In this document: one piece after another, positions 58,981-64,000 of the stretch
Numbering within the stretch: position 1 is the first letter of the stretch
Layout of the letters: each line of letters begins with the position of its first letter
DNA from: an uncultured Anaerolineales bacterium
GTDB taxonomy: Bacteria > Chloroflexota > Anaerolineae > CG2-30-64-16
Length of the DNA: 64,000 bases
NCBI GenBank assembly: GCA_964474695.1
Contig: CAYYTK010000002.1
Location: 235,898 to 299,897, forward strand
Direction of reading: 5' to 3'
Program-made: the position numbers and the translations under genes
Notes under the pieces: model-generated
Databases searched by the model: none
What the model was told of the DNA's origin: nothing
Seen by the model: only the letters and a program-made list of their open reading frames with translations

Positions 58981-59335
58981 ATGACGTTGCCGGATGCTGG
59001 AAGCCGGATATCCGAGCTTGACAGTCGGTCACCCCCACACCGTGGTGCAGAACAACCTGTTCAACCGCAGCCAGATCGGCACGGTCCTGGCGTGCGCCTT
59101 GACCTCGAACCTCAAACGGGCCAGCGCGCCCGGCAACGTCCTCCTGGCTCAAGGCGAGGCGAATCTCTCCAAGCCCAGCGTTGCCAATGTGTCACAGCTT
59201 TTGACGGTGGACAAGTCGCAGTTGGGCGAGTATATCGGGTCGCTATCCGCCAGGCGGGTGCGCCAGGTGCTGGATGGCATCAAGCTGCTCCTGGAGCCGC
59301 GCGAAGTAGATGTGGATCCGCGTAGTTGGACATGA
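58981..59335 (+). pseudogene. Degraded MazF/PemK-family toxin gene (N-terminus deleted or frameshifted), no cognate antitoxin ORF seen
   Basis: ...TVVQNNLFNRSQIGTVLACALTSNLKRASAPGNVLL..GEANLSKPSVANVSQLLTVDKSQL..IGSLS...VLDGIKLLL is the MazF/PemK core. The expected ~15-25 N-terminal residues (RG-I-W-V-D...G-E...RP) are missing. A short out-of-frame MTLPDAG..ELD start is at 58981. Confidence 0.55.
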
Positions 59336-59364
59336 GATGTTCTCCCGAAATTTTCGAAACGGTG

Positions 59365-59393
59365 TTGACAAACACCGTGTTTCGTGATATGCT
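59365..59393 (+). promoter_or_regulatory. Near-consensus sigma70 promoter inside an operator-like palindrome, facing the 3' end of the DUF3800 gene
   Basis: TTGACA (59365-59370), 17 nt, TATGCT (59388-59393). The palindrome is CGAAACGGTGTT-GACA-AACACCGTGTTTCG (59355-59384). Confidence 0.6.
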
Positions 59394-59399
59394 CTTATC

Positions 59400-59515
59400 C
59401 AGAAGTGCGGCTTGTAACACCTGGCGACTCTGGCCACCTGCGGTGGTCTAGCCCACCGGCGCAACCCCGGTGGGGACAGATTGAAATCGGAGCCCAGGGT
59501 GAGCCGCTCTTTCAT
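59400..59515 (+). ncRNA. Candidate structured small RNA adjacent (convergent) to the DUF3800 gene
   Basis: No plausible CDS. Long-range helix 59407-59412/59502-59507 plus 59418-59424/59494-59501. Internal hairpins at 59432-59448 and 59452-59474. A U-rich run follows the closing helix. Confidence 0.45.
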
Positions 59516-60127
59516 TTAATCCCACAGTGCGATCCGCAGCAGCTCTTCAACCGCGATCCGCGGCGCGATGATATCGTAAAACTCCTGCGCACCGCGCACA
59601 TACTTCTGGAACAACGCCCACGCCACATAATCGACGGCCTGCACCCCCCGCTCGGCAATGGAATCTTCGTGCCGGATCACTATGTTGGACTGGAGTCCCA
59701 CGAGATGGTCCCGAATGGCTTGCTCCAGAAGCTCACGCAGCTTCTGCGATGTGTAGCGTTTGTCAAGATAGAGATCAAGTTGCGGCTGGCGCTCGACCGC
59801 GCGTCGCACAGCCTCAGCGACGGCAAAGCGATAGATCGCGCGTGGATCGGCTGGCGGCCGCAGGATGACCGACTTATCGACCACGACAGCGATGATCTCA
59901 ATCGGACTGGCAGCCAGTGCTCGCAAGAGCCATTTTGTCACGGCGGGCGGTGAGGCGTCGGCCTTCATCTCGCCGGAGGCCAGGCTGGCGCCGTACTTCC
60001 GGCGGGCGCGCATAACCGCCAGTTCCAGGGCGCGCGGCTGGCCTGTGCTCAGCACGGCGACGACTAGATAAGGCTGGCCGCCAAACGGAGTCTCGTCGCC
60101 GGACTCATCGAGAAACGCATAGGCCAT
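59516..60127 (-). CDS. DUF3800 domain protein
   Basis: MAYAFLDESGDE... N-terminus and ~200 aa length fit my recollection of DUF3800. Function unknown. Confidence 0.65.
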   Translation of the reverse strand: MAYAFLDESGDETPFGGQPYLVVAVLSTGQPRALELAVMRARRKYGASLASGEMKADASPPAVTKWLLRALAASPIEIIAVVVDKSVILRPPADPRAIYRFAVAEAVRRAVERQPQLDLYLDKRYTSQKLRELLEQAIRDHLVGLQSNIVIRHEDSIAERGVQAVDYVAWALFQKYVRGAQEFYDIIAPRIAVEELLRIALWD

Positions 60128-60196
60128 CGGTTAGCCTAACTCCATCCAGCACTTTAGGATCGGCGCCACCCCCACCGCCCGACCAAGGGTCTGCGC

Positions 60197-61171
60197 TCAC
60201 AACTGCAGCCAGGTCCCCAGCCCGCGTTCCACCGCGCGGCGATAGACGATCGGCGCGGTCGCCATGTCGTCCAGCGCCAGGCCCAGGTTGCAGGCGATGG
60301 TCCGCTCGGCCGGCGACTGGCGGCCCGGCTTCCGGCCTGTCACCAGCTCGCCCAGGCTGGCGTAGATGGGCGGGATGCTCCGGAAGTAGCCGATGCTGCG
60401 GTAATATTCGAGCTGCGGGATGTCGTCCGTGCAGAACTTATCGACCTCCTGCAGCGCGGGGCCGGCCCAGTACGAGTCGTAATCCACCAACGACGCAAAC
60501 GCGCCTGCGTCCAGCCAGCCGGCCTGGATGGTGGCGTGCGGGGTGTGCAGGATGGGACCCGCCGTGACCACCATGTCGCAGCCGCTCACGGCCTGGCGCG
60601 GGTCGTCGACCACCTTCACCTCCAGGCCGAACCGCGCGCTCACCTCGGCCGCGTAGCGCTGCGCGTTCTCCGGCGTCTTGTCGTAGGCCCTCACGCGCTT
60701 GACCGGGAACAGGGTCACGAGCCCTTCCAGGTTCGTGCGCCCCTGCACGCCGCAGCCAAGGATGCCCACCGTCTCGGATTCCGGCCGCGCCAGGTAGCTG
60801 GCGGCCAGGGCGGTCGCGGCGCCGGTGCGCATCGCCGTGATCCAGGTGCAATCCATGACAGCCAGCGGCATGCCGGTCTCGTCGTCGTTCAGGATCAGCA
60901 GCCCGGTGATATAGGGCAGCCCCCGCTGCTGGTTTCCCGGGTAACCGCTGACCCACTTCATGCCGATGGCGTGCAGCGCGGGGATATAGGCCGGCATAGC
61001 ATGGATAAAGGCGTCGGGCCGGGAGTGGACGCCCGGCTTGGGCGGCATCTCCGCGTGGCCGAGGCCGTGCTCATGAAAGGCGACCGCCAGCGCGTCGATC
61101 ACCTCGCGCATGGTGACGCCGGCTGCTTCCACATCGGCGCGGGAGAGATAGAGAAGCTGATGAGGGGTCAT
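60197..61171 (-). CDS. Ornithine cyclodeaminase / mu-crystallin family protein
   Basis: ...MPAYI......G.KWVS.YP.N...GLP.I.GL..LND..TG.P.A.MD...IT..RT.A..A.A...LA... is the OCD pattern. Start at MTPHQLLYL, with AAGGAG 6 nt upstream. Confidence 0.85.
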   Translation of the reverse strand: MTPHQLLYLSRADVEAAGVTMREVIDALAVAFHEHGLGHAEMPPKPGVHSRPDAFIHAMPAYIPALHAIGMKWVSGYPGNQQRGLPYITGLLILNDDETGMPLAVMDCTWITAMRTGAATALAASYLARPESETVGILGCGVQGRTNLEGLVTLFPVKRVRAYDKTPENAQRYAAEVSARFGLEVKVVDDPRQAVSGCDMVVTAGPILHTPHATIQAGWLDAGAFASLVDYDSYWAGPALQEVDKFCTDDIPQLEYYRSIGYFRSIPPIYASLGELVTGRKPGRQSPAERTIACNLGLALDDMATAPIVYRRAVERGLGTWLQL

Positions 61172-61314
61172 GGCAAGCTCCTTGCAGGAGATAGCGCAGG
61201 CATCCTGAGCGGAGTTCCGCCAACCTGCCGGTGCTATTCTACAGCAAGACGGCGCGTTAGCGAAACAATCAGAAAATCCTTGGGCCTGTCCCCAAAACCG
61301 GGTATAATCGAGCC

Positions 61315-62208
61315 ATGCGCGGTCCATCGGTCGACAAGAACCTGCGGGGTTACACCCTTGTCCTGCTGGCAGCCACCTTGTGGGCTTCCATCGGCGTCTT
61401 CTATAAGTTTCTGATCAACGACTACGGCCTGACGCCCCTGGCTGCGGCGGCTTTGCGCGGCAGCGTGGGCGGCGCATTGTTGTTCTCAGGCTTGCTGGCG
61501 CTGCGCGTCGACCTGCGCGTGCCCCGCAGCCAATGGCCGGGGTTCCTCGGTTACGGCGTATTCGGCGTCGCGTTGTTCTTCATCACCTACGTCAATGCCA
61601 TCAACTTGACCGGGGTCGCGGTGGCAGCCGTGTTGATGTACACCTCGCCGGCCTGGGTGGCGGCGATCTCCTGGCGCTGGATGGGAGAAAAGCTGGGCCG
61701 CCGCGGGGTCGCGGCGTTGGGTCTGTCGCTGGCCGGCGCGGCGCTGGTGGCTCGCATCTATAACCCGGCGCTGCTGCGTCTGAACTGGTTGGGCGTGACA
61801 ATGGGGCTGGCCGCCGGGTTGACCTACGGCCTGTACAGCGTCTTCAACAAGATCCTGGTGAAACATAACCGGCCGTGGATCGTGCAGGTTTATGGACTGC
61901 TGATCGGCGCAGCGATCCTGCTCACCATCGTGCCCAAGACGGAGCTGGCCGCGGGTTGGGCGTCGCCGGGTGCGTTCGCCCTGATCATCGGCATGGGCCT
62001 CATCCCCACGCTGCTGGCCAGCCTGGCCTTCGCGTTCGGCGTGCAGTGGGTGCCGGTGAGCACTGCGGCTATCGTGGCTACGTTCGAGCCGGTGGTCGCG
62101 ACCTTCTTCGGCTATCTCTTTTTCGGCGAGCGCCTGGAGCCGCTGCAGTGGCTCGGAACGGCTTGCATCGTGGGCGCGGTCTTGTTGTTGCGGCCGGGCC
62201 GGTCGTGA
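61315..62208 (+). CDS. EamA/DMT family transporter
   Basis: 10 hydrophobic segments with a duplicated EamA-like architecture. 297 aa. Confidence 0.8.
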   Translation: MRGPSVDKNLRGYTLVLLAATLWASIGVFYKFLINDYGLTPLAAAALRGSVGGALLFSGLLALRVDLRVPRSQWPGFLGYGVFGVALFFITYVNAINLTGVAVAAVLMYTSPAWVAAISWRWMGEKLGRRGVAALGLSLAGAALVARIYNPALLRLNWLGVTMGLAAGLTYGLYSVFNKILVKHNRPWIVQVYGLLIGAAILLTIVPKTELAAGWASPGAFALIIGMGLIPTLLASLAFAFGVQWVPVSTAAIVATFEPVVATFFGYLFFGERLEPLQWLGTACIVGAVLLLRPGRS

Positions 62209-62214
62209 GAGGGT

Positions 62215-63120
62215 CTAGGGCGCGAATTCCCAGATTAACGCCATCGCCGCGATGGTGATCAACCCATATTCCAGCAGTATGCGCCGCCCGATACGGCCGC
62301 GCAGTGCGTTTTGCGCCAGGCCCACCACGTTATAGAAAAGCACCAGCAGCACAAGGCCCCCGGTGAGGGCATCCAGCCGCCAGTAATTCAGCACCCAGGT
62401 GGCCTGGCCCAGCACCAACCCCGTGATGCCGGCATAGAGCGCCACCATGATCGTCGGCCGTTCCGTCCCCCTCAGCAGTTCCAGGGCCAACAAGCCGCTG
62501 ACCAGAAGCACCTCGGTGGCCGAGATGATGCTGCGCGCGCGTGTGCGGTACACAACCAGGAATAACACCAAGGCCACGGCGTACGTCAGGGCATTCAAGC
62601 CCAGCCGGGCGCGGCGATAGCCGGGCAGGAAGGGATCGATCGTGGCGTAAATGCCGGCCATGCTCAAGCCCAACGCAATGCCGGTCACGATCAGCCCCAG
62701 CACCCAGTACACCACCGTCGGTGCGAGCGGCAACAGAAACACCGCCACGATCACGACGGCAATGGGCAGCCCCCAAAACACCCAGCGCGCATGCACCAGG
62801 CGGCTCATGCCGTCGGCCCCGGCCGCGGCGGCTGCGCTGGTGGGCGGCCATTCGGCGGCTACCCGACCCTGTTTCCGATAGGAGGGCGTGGCTAACACGC
62901 GCGGGTGCGCACGCACCACCGCCTCGGTGCCGCTGGCGATCAGACCTGCCAGCAGAATGCCGAGGATGGTGTTGGCGGTGAGGACGATGTTGACGGGGGA
63001 TCCCAGCACAACCGTCTCCCATGAACGCGTCGGCAGATCAAGAAAGCGCTGCGCGGCCAGGCCCATCAGCGCCACCCAGATCAGAACGCTGGCACGATCA
63101 CGGTAATCAATCAAACCCAT
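62215..63120 (-). CDS. Hypothetical polytopic membrane protein
   Basis: Start at the ATG at 63120 (MGLIDYRD...), placed after the repeat. About 8 hydrophobic segments. No family recognised. Confidence 0.5.
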   Translation of the reverse strand: MGLIDYRDRASVLIWVALMGLAAQRFLDLPTRSWETVVLGSPVNIVLTANTILGILLAGLIASGTEAVVRAHPRVLATPSYRKQGRVAAEWPPTSAAAAAGADGMSRLVHARWVFWGLPIAVVIVAVFLLPLAPTVVYWVLGLIVTGIALGLSMAGIYATIDPFLPGYRRARLGLNALTYAVALVLFLVVYRTRARSIISATEVLLVSGLLALELLRGTERPTIMVALYAGITGLVLGQATWVLNYWRLDALTGGLVLLVLFYNVVGLAQNALRGRIGRRILLEYGLITIAAMALIWEFAP

Positions 63121-63139
63121 AGTCTCTCCGAAACGGTTA

Positions 63140-63172
63140 AGAAACCAGGTTTCTCGGAGAAACCTGGTTTCT
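63140..63172. repeat. Double-palindrome repeat, copy 4 (AGAAACCAGGTTTCT-cgg-AGAAACCTGGTTTCT)
   Basis: Read directly. Unlike the other copies, it lies in a divergent promoter region, 20 nt upstream of the ATG at 63120. Confidence 0.7.
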
Positions 63173-63244
63173 GTCGGTTGCTTCTGGATTTTACCCGCCC
63201 GACACCGCTTTGTCAATCGGCCAGGCGCGAGTATAATCGCCAGC

Positions 63245-63613
63245 ATGAACCCTGAGATTTTTGAGGACCTGGTAGACGATGCGCTCGCAGCGCTGCCCGA
63301 GCAATTCGCCGATATGCTGGATAACGTGGTGGTCGTCGTGGAAGACTGGCCGGATCGCGCCACCCTGCGTTCCGTGGGTGCGCGCTCCCCCTACGAGCTG
63401 CTCGGTTTCTACCACGGTGTGCCGCAGACGGGACGCACCAGCAACTACGGGCTGGTGACGCCGGACAAGATCAGCATCTATCGCCGGCCCATCGAGGCCC
63501 AATGCCGAACTGCTGAGGAACTGCGGGAGATGGTCAAGCGGGTCGTCTTCCACGAGCTGGCGCATCACTTCGGCATCGACGACGACCGTCTGCGCGAAAT
63601 CGGAGCATATTGA
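63245..63613 (+). CDS. Zincin-like metallopeptidase family protein (DUF1025-type)
   Basis: HELAHHFG zinc-binding HExxH motif near the C-terminus. 122 aa. Confidence 0.75.
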   Translation: MNPEIFEDLVDDALAALPEQFADMLDNVVVVVEDWPDRATLRSVGARSPYELLGFYHGVPQTGRTSNYGLVTPDKISIYRRPIEAQCRTAEELREMVKRVVFHELAHHFGIDDDRLREIGAY

Positions 63614-63651
63614 GTAGGGTCCATTTCGCATTTGAGGCAGATTTCAGCGAA

Positions 63652-63705
63652 GCACCCTGAGCGGAGGCGCCGAGCCGCTGCCCGGCGTCCGCAGTCGAAG
63701 GGTGC
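63652..63705 (+). repeat. Copy of the GCAYCCTGAGCGGAG...CGCAGTCGAAGGRTGC repeat family
   Basis: gcaccctgagcggag-gcgccgagccgctgcccggcgtc-cgcagtcgaagggtgc. Confidence 0.6.
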
Positions 63706-63733
63706 GGAGCGACCGGCCTGGAATGCCTTGCCC

Positions 63734-64000
63734 CTACTGCGTCGCCCCCGGCGGGAGCGCGGCGCCCGGCCCATACAGATAGACCGCCTGCCAGGGGCGA
63801 TACCGGCTGACGAACCGGTCTTTCTTCACCCGGCCATCGTTGTACGTGATGATGCGCTCCACCGTCACGTCCATGCCTTCCACGGCCCAATCCACCTGTT
63901 TGATCGTGCCGGCCGCCAGGGTCGCGTCCTCGCGGTAGAGGGGCGCGGGCGCCGGCCGTCTGTTGGTGATGCTGCCCTTCTCGGCTGCCACCGAACGATC
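63734..64000 (-). CDS. Hypothetical protein, C-terminal part only (continues beyond window); possibly VanW-like
   Basis: ORF open to the window edge. The VanW resemblance (...DVTVERIITYNDGRVKKDRFVSRYRP...) rests on recollection only. Confidence 0.35.
   Translation of the reverse strand, partial: DRSVAAEKGSITNRRPAPAPLYREDATLAAGTIKQVDWAVEGMDVTVERIITYNDGRVKKDRFVSRYRPWQAVYLYGPGAALPPGATQ

Noticed and set aside
56922-59021. 699-codon plus-strand ORF and a 602-codon alternative minus-frame ORF (57010-58818)
   Set aside because: Both overlap the MmeI-like gene, which has strong motif support. Their translations are Arg/Pro/Gly/Ala low complexity with no motifs.
54200-60196. Integrase, transposase, tRNA attachment site or flanking direct repeats defining a mobile island
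   Set aside because: None was recognised on either strand. The island call therefore rests only on gene content and composition.

Overview
GC-rich (about two thirds G+C by eye) bacterial chromosomal window, densely coding, with about 57 CDS. I recognised no rRNA, tRNA, CRISPR array, transposase or integrase. All product calls come from reading the supplied translations for family motifs; no database search was possible.

Most of the window is housekeeping and central metabolism:
- two tandem class II fructose-bisphosphate aldolases
- a dnaJ-prmA-(nucleoside phosphorylase)-rsmE-trxB run
- an ABC-F ATPase followed by a CoaE-GNAT fusion
- cydAB
- a long minus-strand run: GH38 mannosidase, GalT-like, DUF2804-like, isochorismatase, xth and two GNAT genes
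- thrC, gdhA, ald and a CoA-transferase
- methylmalonyl-CoA mutase, thioesterase and epimerase
- a liv-type amino-acid ABC transporter operon

Four things stand out.
1. A two-domain PDO/glutaredoxin-like gene (4078-4719) has an in-frame TGA exactly at the first Cys of its second CxxC motif. A GC hairpin follows 10 nt downstream, so this is a candidate selenoprotein with a SECIS element.
2. A compositionally patchy accessory island (about 54.2-60.2 kb) carries an MmeI-like type IIL restriction-modification gene whose specificity region is AT-shifted, a degraded MazF/PemK toxin gene, and a DUF3800 gene. Converging on the 3' end of the DUF3800 gene is a near-consensus promoter embedded in a palindrome, which would drive a ~115-nt non-coding transcript that can be drawn as a closed multi-helix structure. 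This DUF3800 plus RNA pair is my best candidate for an undescribed two-component system.
3. Several short dispersed repeat families are present, including a 33-43 bp double palindrome (AGAAACCWGGTTTCT x2) found four times.
4. GC-rich palindromic or tandem elements sit in frame inside at least six otherwise ordinary genes, reminiscent of Rickettsia palindromic elements.

Smaller oddities are an apparent non-canonical ATC start for livF, a LivM-LivG fusion, inverted heptamer arrays upstream of dnaJ, and a long leader behind a consensus promoter upstream of the liv operon.
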